Assembly: GCA_050273025.1 (NCBI GenBank)
Contig: CP158635.1
Location: forward strand, 16,554,001 to 16,618,000
DNA length: 64,000 nucleotides
Source of the DNA: Cenococcum geophilum
Taxonomy: Eukaryota
Direction of reading: 5' to 3'
Position 1 is the stretch's first letter; each line of letters begins with the position of its first letter. The translations under genes were made by a program, and so were the position numbers. The notes beneath the pieces were generated by a model, which was not told the origin of the DNA, ran no database searches, and saw only the letters and a list, made by a program, of their open reading frames with translations. Below, piece after piece: positions 27,142 to 38,918 of this stretch.

Positions 27142-28868
27142 TATTAAGATTTTCTATATAAACCTAGACTCGCCATATCCCTTCTATATAGCAATTTATT
27201 AGTCTTTATAAAAATATGGATAAGGTAAGGGGATTTTAGAACATTCTATCATTAAATACTACCTCGTTTTTATTTAAAGCGTTTTAGTGTAGACAACGGC
27301 TAGGGTTTTAGTTATAGGGGGAAATTAAACTAAGCTAACTTGCTACGTTTTTACACTATAACAGAATATTCTATTAAACTTTCCGCTATTAGGCAGTTTA
27401 CTACCGTATTGCTTACTACTAGTTTCTGTTACCTATACCTACCTTATATATATAAGGTCCCTCCCTAAGTAGCGCAAAACCCCCCATTATTATGGCACTG
27501 GCAGAACTTAGCAGAACTTCGCACTAGCAAGTTACTACAGATTGCCGCATATTACGGTCACGTGACGCGAAGATATTATAAAACATTAAGCGGCGCTACT
27601 CTTCTTCTTCTTTCCTTTTCCTAGCTTTAGATTCTTGTTTATAGACAATCCAATCGTATAGGCTTACGCGTCCCTCTTACCGTGCTTATGCCTCGATTGA
27701 CTAAGTCGCTAACACCTATGCTGTAATAAATCCATTGTTTACGCATCTTAACTCTCTCCCCCGCGATTCTATCAAGTTATAATTATAGTAGTAGTATTCT
27801 CTAGATATTTCCCTTTAGGAAACCAGTATGCAGCCTAAAAAATACAATGCTTTTAATTATGCTGTTAGTCGTTCTTTTTAAAGTGTTACAGCTTAAATAA
27901 ATGCCTCTAAACCGAAGCTTAAACAAATGCTGTATTACGAAGATACTAAGCTAAGGAGAAGGAAAAGGGGTCGCTAGGACCGATGTAAACAAATATATAG
28001 GTTAGCAGAATTTAGCAAAATTTAGCAGGTAATGTATAATAGCGCCGTTACACAAAGCATCTAAAATTGTATTAGCTTTACACCCCTGCTAAACCACAAC
28101 TCTCTACAAAATTTTAAGTTTTAGAGTATTTAATTAATAGAACTATTACAGTCCTAAGCTTTTAAAGACACTTAGCTCTTAAAAATATACATTCCGGATT
28201 TATCCGTAAAAAGGGGCCTATAGGGTGTCTTGGTATAAGAATTTAGCGCGCTTATATAGTACAGTATTAGATGCTTAGCTAGCCGTATTGTTTTCTACGC
28301 TATACCAAACAGGCTCCTAGGTATGGCGCTCTTCTAGAAACGTCTTTAAAAGGTCATATACTGGCTATTTTTGGCAGCTAAGCGTTACTAGCTGTCTCTT
28401 ATACCGGCTCAGCGGCTGCCTTTAGTGCCTTTCCTATTACTATAGTCGTAGACCTAAATACGTGGCGCACTCTCTGCAAACCGGCCAGTTTAAAAGAGGG
28501 ACCTGCTATAAGCGAAGCCTAGCGACGTAAATACCACCCTCCTTTATATTCGTCTTTATTGCGGAGTCTATTATATTGATAAAGCGTCCGCGATCTCTTA
28601 GGTCGCACGTTTAGCGGTTTTTTATCTTCCCACGGGCGTAGTTGCCTTATCGCTGCAGGGTATTCCAACCGGTGTTTATGCCTTATTAGCAGTAGGGAAT
28701 AAATTAACGCTTAACTTTCGCATGCTATCTTATTACATTTAATGCGATTTTGACTTCAATTAAATATAGTATTAAGGTTATGTGATTTAAGCCCTTCTAA
28801 CTCGCTTCCTAAGTAACGGTTGTTTGAAACTCTCGTGTAAGGCTAAGCTTATTATTACTATTACCGTT

Positions 28869-30345
28869 ATAGACCACGTCCGCGCCTAGGTTAATGCCAC
28901 CCTATTATCTCTAGAGAACTTTGAAGAACCTACACGTTAAATTTCCCTTTAATCTCATCTTAAACAAATACGTCGCTTTTTAAACTCCTATTAATAAGTC
29001 CGCCCTAGACCTGACCTATCATCGTAATTATCCGTGGTTAACTCTTTTGAGATAAACTCTATTACTGACGCCTCTTCTATTACTTTACTTAACTTAAGGA
29101 GAAAATTAAAAGCAATAGGTTTGTTAATAAAGTGTAAAGGCTTATAAAGTCCCGAGCGAACCTAGCACGTCTTACTTAAATAAGGGAGACCTTCTATTCG
29201 CATCTAATAACCAGATAGCATAAGTCAGATTATTCCGTCGCAGGAACTTTAAGATATACTTTCCGAAAACTTTTCTAATAAATTCGTTCTAATATACTTC
29301 AAGGTACGCTACTATAGGCCTTTCTTTTACTCTAATGTGCTGGAAGCTAACCGGCGTCTAGTCTAGCGCCGCCTCCGCCAAGCTGACCCCATAGCTTTTA
29401 AAAACGATATTCGCTCCTATATGTTCGACCGATTAAATAAAACACAATTGGGTCAGGCAGAAATAGATAGGCTAGAGTCTCTCTAAAGTCACGTGCAACG
29501 TATTTACATAAGGGCGAAATGATGCAACAATAATAATAAAGACGAGAATACTTAGGCAAGAGTTATCTAGGACGCCCTAGAGGCGGTAGTTAAGGAGGAT
29601 AATATCACTTCCCTAGAAATCAACAGCGTATAAGTTTTACCACCGTTATTTAGTCTTTAATCCATATTGCTAACGTCTAAGCTATATAGTCAATCTTAGA
29701 ATATCCATTCCGATTTCCTATCTATAGGCACTTCTGGGCTAACCATATCAAAAAAGGCGGACTTTATAATTGCATTTAACCAAGATAACAATGACGACGT
29801 TCGCAGAGTCTACGAGAATTTCAGGTATAATAATAATGGTGCCACACTTAGCCCAATGACGGACGCATACACTTCTAGGGTTGCTCTTATATATACTATA
29901 GAGCTAAAGGAGGCCGGAGGGAAAGCTATAGAGGCCGAGATGTAGCTTACAGTCTACTATATAGCTATACTATAGAAAATTTAGGAACTGATTAACATAA
30001 GATAAAGAACACTAATAAATAAAGAGGAGGTTAAGAAGCTGGTGCTATTAGTAGTAGGATAGACTGTTATCGGGCATAAATAGTCATTATATATTTCTAG
30101 CTTGTTGCCTAATAATAGTATTATACGCCATACCTCCTCTCTCTCTTTAAAATCTCCTTGCTTTTAGCTAATACTTTATTTATTAGATGTGCTAGGGTCC
30201 CTTTGACGGGTTATAGGCTAGTATATCCACCCACCACAGCATACTCCTCCTTCTTAACTTGTTGAAACGTGTTGCTGTTATGGCTTCCAGTAAGCTATGG
30301 CCTATAATGTGAGAGATATTTGATGGGGACGAGGTTTGGGGATAG
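28869..30345 (+). pseudogene. Fungal PD-(D/E)XK nuclease-like protein pseudogene
   Basis: SKKADFIIAF ... LSPMTDAYTSRVALIYTIELKEAGGKAIEAEM(Q)L ... VVG(W)TVIGHK(W)SLY: the K-x-D / E-x-K / EA..QL / GH.W pattern of the fungal PDDEXK_12-type family; also EDENT(W) upstream; introns present. Confidence 0.75.
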
Positions 30346-30409
30346 AGACATTATTTTAGAGAGCTAGACAATAATGAGATATAAATTAAAGGGAGGAATA
30401 CGATTGACG

Positions 30410-31397
30410 ACCGTTATAAATATTGTAAAAAGTCTTTACCTGTATCTTCTATTTCTATATAACTTGTAATATCGGACTTTTATACTTTAGCACTTTGTAG
30501 ACGTCTGCCTTACCTTTATATAAATGCATTCAACTCTATTGAAGTAAAGTCTTGCCGCCGCAGTTCTTTTCTAAACTACTATATATTCTATTCTAAGTTT
30601 ACCCGCGATTACTAGAAGGACAGATCTTTTAGTGCCTACTATACTAAATTAGCTGTATTACCGCGTATATGTAGCTCTAAGCCGCCGTAGGTTACACAAC
30701 CTTTCTAACTCCTTTAATGGCGGCGGCGGGTTCTTACTTTCGGAAAGACGGGAGATAAATAGTCTAGACTAGTTTAATAAATAACTATACATCAACCTGT
30801 GGTGCAATAGAAAAATTAATTTACTGAGCTACTATTTTATTTTGCCTAACTAATAAACCTTGCTTTCCAGTTCTTTAAAAATGGTGGACTAAGTGTCTTT
30901 AATAAGCCCTTTATATTCCTTGAGGCATTCTCTAGTAAACGTAATATTGCCTGCAAACCTATACTAGTGTTAGCTCTAGTCTATATAAGTACGCCTTTAA
31001 CATACAACGCAATATCTATCATCTTTATTACAATAGTAGATGTATATATTTTTAAAGTACGTATAAAGCCAAAGATATCCTAGCCTATATACTTGAATGT
31101 GGCCCAGTTATAAGCACCTAATTGAGCCGCCTAACTGATCTATTTATTAAGCTCTTTATAACACTTGCTATAACTTTATAGAGGGAGCTCTAGTGCTGTA
31201 AATTCGGCATTTGTTATAGTTAATATCTAGGTAAGCTTTTCCAATGCCGTATTAAGGGCTTTAAGCGGTTCTATAAGTTTAGGTATAGGGCTTTAGCTTA
31301 AAAGGCCTCTGGCCATAAAGTGCAGCGATTAACTTAACTAAAGAGTAGATGTTACTAGGTCCGCTAGATTAGAAGTATTTTTTATTAAACCTGTCAT
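30410..31397 (-). pseudogene. HeLo-like N-terminal domain protein (fungal STAND N-term type), no NACHT seen
   Basis: MTGLIKNTSNLADLVTSTL..., FTALELPL.S(C)SKCYKEL, NWATFKYIG.DIFGFIRTLKIYTSTIVI, intron, TRECLKEYKGLIKDT: matches the Helo_like_N pattern (LELPL..C..AC.EF...DWA...YMG.DI.GF...L..YKSTI). Confidence 0.7.
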
Positions 31398-32899
31398 TTT
31401 ATCGCTTGTCGTATTAAGATAGGGTATAACTTACTAGATTTACCGCGTCAAGCTGTATATATAAAGCACGCTCTTATCTTTAGTCATTGTATTATTTAGG
31501 CCAGACTGCCGCAAAAATGAGTTATACTAGGTATAGAGATAGTAAGTATAGGAGCCACGAGGATAGCTAGTGGGGTTAAGTAGGGTTATAGTATAGATCT
31601 ATGCCTATTAAGAGCGAATAGGAATGTATATATATAGCGTAAACGACATTCTATAGGCTAGATAATTGAAAGATAGACCTATCCTAAGAATGCTATGGCT
31701 GCAGTATAAATGGACCTTTTTTATGTATTACCAAGTTGTGATAATAAATTAAGCAGCTCTAGGAAGCGATGCCGAAATATAAAGTAGTAGAAGAGTTGTA
31801 GGTTATATGATTGTGTTTTTTAGGTATAGCTGCAGCAAAAACTTATTTAGTAGATTTAAAGTAAAAAATATATCGTAACTACCTATATACTACACGAATA
31901 ATTAAAAGCCCCTTTTATAGCCTATCCTAAGTTGGCCTAATTAGAAAGCCTACCGGGCGCTACTCCATTATAGCTTAAGGCCGGTATATACTAAGGGTCT
32001 TACTACTTTTCGTTATAAAAGGTTTTAAAGGTTACAAATTATGCCGACTTAAAACCTAAATTGGTACTCTTTACTAACGTAATACCTTAGTAATAGTAAG
32101 GTATAAGCCTAGGTATATGATTGCTATTACCTAAGTGATCTAGTTAGCTGTTCCCTTAATTTTGGTTATAAAGTGCCTTTTATCATTCTTCGAAAAGATT
32201 GGAGGATATTAGTATTGTAAAGCGACACTGTTCTTTTAACTTAGACGAATTACTAGATAAACCAGCGTGGTCTAAACAGGTGTATTTAAACAAGAGGATC
32301 CTTACGTAAAACTATTATATAGTAGAGTATTACATAACTAGACGCCCCTTACAGCTAGGCGTTCCCCTTTATTAATAGTTCTCTTAATCCACTCGCGAGT
32401 TTCTTAAAACTGTATAGATGTCGAAACCATTGTCCCGCGTTGTTTAAGTAGTACGTCTTAGCTTAATCGGCTGTAATCTAGATTGACGCTTTAAGACGCT
32501 TTAAGAATAAGGAGGAAAGGAAGGTCGTAAGCTATAATACTACGTTTTAATAGTTAAAGGAATAACAAATGCTATCGTACTAAGTTTGGACTTTCTCTGT
32601 AACCTTAGGGCTAGCATTATAAATGGGATTGTGGTAGTCTTAATAAGGGTCGTCCAGGCTAGTGATAAAACGCCTAAGACCGGCGGCCGACAGCGGGAGG
32701 AAAAACTACGAAAGTAGGATGCTTCGAGGCATTGTATGATAAATTTACTGTTGCTAAAGTAAGAGACGTCTATAAGGAGATTGTTTACACAATCGGTGCA
32801 TTTATAAATCTCCTAAGTTAGAGAGACAGCGCGTCTTTAAACCATGACGTAGTAAGGTGGCTTTGTTAAGCCACCTAGGGTCAGCCGCGCTGCGCCACA

Positions 32900-33301
32900 C
32901 CCTTTAAGCTAAACTTTTAATTAACATATTCCTTACCCCGGTAGAGAGTTTCTATACTTATAATATTAGATCCTTACTCCTCCCCACTATTATTATAGTC
33001 CTTTTTATACATAAATTAGATCATTCTCTTAACGGTGCCGAAATTAAACTCGTTAATACTTATAATATTAGTCGCCGCCTCCTACCCATTAGTTAGTTCC
33101 TAGTTAGGGTTAATTCCACTAGATATTTAGTCAGCTTTTACCTGAAAGTCTTTATTATAGGCGACTATAAGTATGGGAGATTGGGTGCATATAATCACTT
33201 TATAGACTTTAAACTCTAGTCCTTGGCATATAAGTTTTAAGTCGCTATTTCTCACTATCTATAAGCTGCGCTAAGCTGAGTGGAATACTTTTGGATAACA
33301 T
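32900..33301 (-). pseudogene. BTB/POZ domain protein pseudogene (3' end not resolved)
   Basis: MLSKSIPLSLAQLIDSEK.SDLKLICQGLEFKV(H)KVIICTQSPIL...DFQ / EAATNIISINEFNFGTVKRMI.FMYKKDY. Confidence 0.8.
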
Positions 33302-34109
33302 ATTTCGTTAGTTTTCTTTCCTGGTTCTAGTTTCGACTGCGTCTTAAGTAATGTTTAAGGGAGTAATTTGGGTCCATTCCTTCTCTTAAATATAGGTAAC
33401 TAAATTAAAGAAGGAAGCTTGGAGAGGGATTATAGATTAAGCAATTACTCTAATTATATATAGCTGAAAGGGTGTTAACCTGCTTTCGTTTAAGTGGCTC
33501 TAATAAAAGAAATGTAAATATAGAGTGATTTCTATTACGTTTGGAGATCCTTTAGGGTCTACGGTTCTTTTACTACCCTCTATTACCCTCTATAAGGAAT
33601 GGGCTTAGAGAATTAGGTGTAACATGTGACGGCCTAAGGAACTTAGTAAATATAACCTAGTAAGGCCCTTTAAAACAATACGGCCTAAATTAAAGAGTGG
33701 AGTCCAGTCTGGGAATAAGTTATGTTTTATAGAATACGCTAGAAACAATCCTAAGCGGGGCCTAAACTAGACTTATGTAACTCTTAAGTATGGGAACCTA
33801 GAAGTCGGCTATATTTACCTAGTTATAATTTAGCGACGTTTCGGCTAAGCCTACTATCTTAGGCACCGCTGAATTTCGGTTACTAATAGGGTCGCTAAAG
33901 AGATCGAATTAAAAGCGTGGCGAAGTACAAGAATAAAAGGGGTTCTATTTTAAGTTAATAACGCATCCTTAGTTATACTGTTTTTAGCTCTTCTACGATT
34001 ATAACATTCACTTATAACGTTGGCTTTAATCTTATAGGCCTAAGTGCTTAGAGACCATTGTTTAGTCTTGCTACCTAGTATAGCTATGTTGGATATTACT
34101 TAGGAACAA

Positions 34110-34934
34110 ATAGACTTTTCTACACTACCACCAGACTCGGAACCTATTAACAATACCCGTCTCCGCCGCTTTCTCGTTCTCTTTGCAATTAAGCTACTAA
34201 AGTATTTCTATTAACGTAACGGAACTATTCTCGTACTCTCTTTTAATATTTACGTTAAATATAGCCCTCTTTAATACCTTTCTAAAGCACGCACCATGCA
34301 ATTCCTAACCTAGAATACTTTAATTCCGGTCCTAAAAGTTCTCTACTCTTTCACGCATAAAGATTGGACTTATATTGTAATGGAGAGGATTTATAGAGAA
34401 ATAGTAGGATATAGGTAGGTAGCACGGAGCTCCGAGTCGAAGGCAAAGATCCTCTCCCAAGTCAAAGATATAGTTCAAGAGATGCGAAAAATACCTCCTT
34501 AAGGTATGGATGTTGCAAATGTCGACGGCGGGCCTCTAAACAATTGCCGGCTCCTAGGTCCCTCCTTGCGGTATAAACCCTTTAAATGTATTTAAGATTT
34601 TTATAAGCATTTACGACAAGGGCTAGAGTTTAATCCGAAATTCAAACTAGAGTTAAGATAGCTTATAGCCAAACATGACGGGCCCTAGCTTCCGCCTGTT
34701 TTCATATATAGTAATTTAAGCAGCTTAAATATTCTTATACGTGGAGATAAAGTTGTTGGAATTGTTAATTAGGAGACCGCTGGGTGGTTCCTACCGTACT
34801 GGGAGTATATTATGGCATATCAGGTCAATCCACAAAACTCCTTTTAGCGAGATGAGGTCGATAAATTTCTTGATCCTATGCCCGAGGAACTAGCTATAAA
34901 GAAAATTCGTCAGCAATATTTCGGAGATTTCTAA
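34110..34934 (+). pseudogene. Aminoglycoside-phosphotransferase (APH)-like kinase pseudogene
   Basis: Single 275-codon frame: (E)ARTMQFL..NTLIPV(P)KV, YIVMERI, VF(THGD)LSSLNILIRGDKVVGIV(DW)ETAGWF(P)PYWEY; catalytic motifs altered by RIP-type transitions. Confidence 0.85.
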
Positions 34935-35015
34935 ATGCTCTGCTTTTAAAGGACCTCTTTCTCTTTTCCTAGGGTGAATAAGGATGAATTCTAATAATCT
35001 TATTATAATAAATAT

Positions 35016-35672
35016 TCAGGGAATCGTCTCTATACCGTCCATTAAGTTATAAGTTGGGGTCTTATTTATATCAAAGTCGCCCTGACTATTGAAACGATGC
35101 TAATCCTTCTTTCTCTAACAATACGTTATTGCCCCGTCTCGCACTTAATTTCACTCTATTACGCTAGTGCCCAAGGCTTTTCCATTAACCTTTAGCCCCT
35201 TAAGTGCCTCTTTTATCCATATTACACAATTCTAACCTAAATCTCCTTATCTGATAGGGTTGTTATATAACACATTTACGAGCCGATCCCTATCCTCTAC
35301 TTTACTAATTATAACACAGATAAGCAGCATGCTAGTCGGAGTAAGAGAGGTATTACGCTCTTTATAGTACCACTCTATTTCCCCAATCTATATCAGCCTT
35401 TCCTTTACGTAATATCGTGTGCCTATTCCGCCTTCGGCTTCGGTTTTCGGCCTAATTAGTAGAGCCCAGTGATACCTAGTTATTAATATAGTGTTAGCCA
35501 TAATATAATACCGCTATAGAATGGCCTTTAATCCTGCCTTTACGCTTGCTTATATTACACCTAAGAGAAGTAAGGGCTCCGGCGTTACTTACTTATCTTC
35601 TCCATCTGGCATAATAGGATCACCGCCGCGAGCGTAAAGGGCGACATAAAGACAATCCTTGTTGGAAGGCAT
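35016..35672 (-). pseudogene. DUF6914-like protein (His...Cys, permuted papain-like motifs) pseudogene
   Basis: MPSNKDCLYVALYARGG...EDK / YHWALLI(G)PK...(W)NCVIWIKEAL...TPTYNLMDGIETIP*; one intron. Confidence 0.65.
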
Positions 35673-35909
35673 TATGTTATATTTATAGAATGTTGTCTAA
35701 AGTAGTTGAGCCGCTACCTTACTTTAATGTTTACCAGCTAATATAGGGTAAAGTATCTATAAGTAGATAAGATATAATACGGGATTAGCGTAGACCGGTA
35801 CCGAAAGTTAAGGACTTAGCCAATAAAGGAGTAAGCCTTGGCAAAAAGGCAATGAGATAGTTTAGTTGGGGTGTTTTGCTCCCCGGCATAAGGTAACAGC
35901 GAACTACTA

Positions 35910-36392
35910 CAGTAATGTACACGACTAGCTTCCACCCCCCCTCTAAAAAAAAATATTATTTCGCTTCGGTACGCGGGCTTGCTAGCAATTATAGCGAATG
36001 CCCATACTTAGCTATAAGAACTTTACTTCTAGCAAACTTCGCGATTGGCCTTCCTCTATAGTATCATAATCTTTATTAAATATCGTGAGGTTTCCACCAG
36101 TACGATATCACTAAATTTTATCGGCAATTGCAGGAACAGCTTTATATTCGCGTTTTGGCGGCATAGTAGGGGGGCGCGCAGTTAAAGGGGAGGGGAGGGC
36201 GCGTACGTCCTTAGTTTGGTTCTCCTGGCTAACTAAGGCGATTCTCCAGGGCAACCAAAAAGGTCCTTACGTGCAGGCATATGCGTTCGCTACAATTACT
36301 ATATACAGTTAGTGGCGATTTAGCGAGCCCGCGTACCAAAGCGAAATAATTTTTTTTTTTAGAGGGGTGGAAGCTGGTCGTGCACATCACTA
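35910..36392. mobile_element. Tc1/mariner-type MITE (~75-bp TIRs, TA TSD)
   Basis: Left ta|cagtaatgtacacgactagcttccacccc...gcgggcttgcta; right tagcgagcccgcg...ggggtggaagctggtcgtgcacatcacta|ta; no transposase inside; 483 bp. Confidence 0.85.
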
Positions 36393-36449
36393 TACTCTAA
36401 GTATACGTTATAGTATAATGCAGGATTAAGGATATTTGCTATATAAGCG

Positions 36450-37200
36450 CACGGTATCTAAGCCATAATGCGATATTATTATCTCTTTAGCTACTTCCAT
36501 CAAAGTCTTACACAATAGCTCTTTTGCTACTATAGTGCTCATTACTTTACTTAGAGACAGCCCTTAAAAATCCCCCAAATACCCTTATTCCGTATGCTGC
36601 TTAGCTCACTTCTTAGCCTAGTAAGCCTTTTGCCTTAACTTCTTCCATTTTTACCTTTAATTATATATTTACTAGAAGCACCTAGCTTGCGTATAAGCAC
36701 TCTATAGCTTGGGCTGTATTAGGTTTTAGCTCCATATTTACAGCGGTGCAGTCGCTTTCTTTTTAGTTAGAATTAGAAATACTATCTATTGTATTTAAAC
36801 CCTCTGCTTCCTTAAACACCTTATTATACTCTTGGTCGCTCGCTTTTAACTTAGACGCGAAATTTAACGGACTTTCGCCTGCGTTTATAGCAATATTTAG
36901 GTAGTTAGGGCTAACAAAATTCATTAAAACTGTGTCGCCTTGGCTAGGCTGAGTATTACGTTCCTTTCGGCGTCTTTAATGTAGTAGAACCGCGGCTTAT
37001 TAGGGGATAAATGGTAGAGGTAAAGGCGAGGGGGTAGTCTTTAGCTTAACAGGTTGAAGACCGGGGGAGTGACAAAGCGCATTATTAGAGTCGTAGTATA
37101 AGCTAGATATAGAAGGACACAGAAACGTAAAATGTAGTCGGTTAGGAGGTATAAGTAGGAGAGGGGATCTTAGGAGTATTCGCTCATTAAGATTGGCTTA
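36450..37200 (-). pseudogene. Hypothetical gene fragment with a TQPSQGDTVL motif
   Basis: SPGLQPVKLKTTPSP...RRRKERNTQPSQGDTVLMNFVSPNYLNIAINAGESPL resembles an N-terminal motif of some fungal C2H2-finger proteins; no finger recognised here. Confidence 0.4.
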
Positions 37201-38229
37201 TTGTTCGCTTAGGTATAAACGTCCTATCTCCTTTACAAAGTAGATCGTAGCTTTGACCGCGCTAACGTCTAGGAAACGCCACCTTGACAAGGGTATGGCC
37301 GGTGCGGGTCAGCTACCTCCCTATTTGTAGTGGCAACATCTAATTAAGTCTGCTTTGATTACCGTTACATATCGCTTATAACCACACTTACGTAACCCAA
37401 AAAGTATTCGTCCAGCCCGCTATTGTTGTATAACGCTAGTGTTGTAATAACTTAAGCGGTAGGGATTCTCCTTAAGCAGCGGCAATAAGATAAACCTAAT
37501 GTTAGACGTCATTGTCTAGGCACCTATTTCGCACCTATCTAGGGGTTTGTGTATATATATATGTTAATTAGAAGTCCGTACGCAGATTTTAGGTGAGGAA
37601 AACTTGTATAAAGATTAATCTATAAAGAAAATAAGGCTATATATACACGGTAGTCCTATAGCGAAGGAACACTATTTCGCGCGATAAGAACAATCTCCGT
37701 AACTTAAGCATAATGGCAACGATATAATCGTAATTTTTAGGTAGGAGAGGTCTTTAACATTTACAAATAGCTATAGTATAAAGTATATGCAGAACTGTAG
37801 CAAATATTAATATATATAAAGAGATTGAGTTACTAAAAGTCAAAGTACCCCTTATGTATCCCGGCTTGGTGTGTCTCGCTTCGCAGTAGGGGACGTTAAT
37901 AAGTACAATGTTAGTAAGATCAGGGGCCAGTCTACCAGGTTTAAGGCAATTTGGTAATATAAATTATAGCTGCTAAAGCGGATCCCTATTAGGCCCACAC
38001 GGACTACGCCTTATATACATATAGGAAGAAAACTCCATCTAAGAAAACCCCGTATTCCATCTCTCCACTATTAGACCCCACCTATATAGTACCTACGGGT
38101 TGCCTATCCTCTATATCCTTACCTTTAGTCTCTTTAGGGACCGCTACTACTTACAGACACGCTAGTATTTTAAATTTTTGCTCTACTACTATAATGCTCT
38201 TAAGGGGCGCCTGTTGCTATCCGCCCCCT

Positions 38230-38660
38230 TACCTTCTACCGCTATTCTTCCTAGCTAGAAGGTATATAAATAAGGGCTAATTGAGACGCCTTTTGGTATT
38301 AGGGGCCTTCGCAGCCTTTTAAGAGGCGCTGATTTAGTAAGTGTTCCCTTTAACGGGTTCTTTTCAGCCGTACTAGGGCTGAAGTCTAATAATATCTTTT
38401 GGGCTAGCGAATGACGACGCTACTATATAAATGGTTAGCTTTATATACAGGAGGGTGAGAAAGTATATTACCACTTCTTCTACAGGAGGAGGCTAGGAGG
38501 TACGTAGCGTGGAAGTATACACATAGTATTTACCCTGCCTATAAATAAGAATATATATATTCGCACCGTACTGCGCGCCAATTTCATGGGCTCTCCGAAG
38601 GAAATTGTTCCGACGTTTACGGAACGATTCCTGGACTACTCTTTTCTTTTCGTCTGCCAT
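38230..38660 (-). pseudogene. MADS-box (SRF-type) mini-gene 1
   Basis: MADEKKRVVQESFRKRRNNFLRRAHEIGAQYGANIYILIYRQGKYYVYTSTLRTS(W)PPPVEEV, then an intron. Confidence 0.8.
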
Positions 38661-38918
38661 AATTTTTGGGGTTAATGCTAGGATTAGGCACTTGCTTCTT
38701 TATAAATTTTTGCCTGCCTAGCCTAGGACGGCTTTACACCCTATACCTGGGTATAAGCTAAGGAAACCAGATACTGCTGCCCTTAGGAAATTGCGGGCAT
38801 TATCTCTTACACTTCGCTGCCTTTAGATTTAGCTTATAATGTCTTTAATGCTATATTAAGTAATGCTACATTTAAGTTCTACTCCGCGCCGCGTAAAGGT
38901 GAAAAAATGCGACTTATA

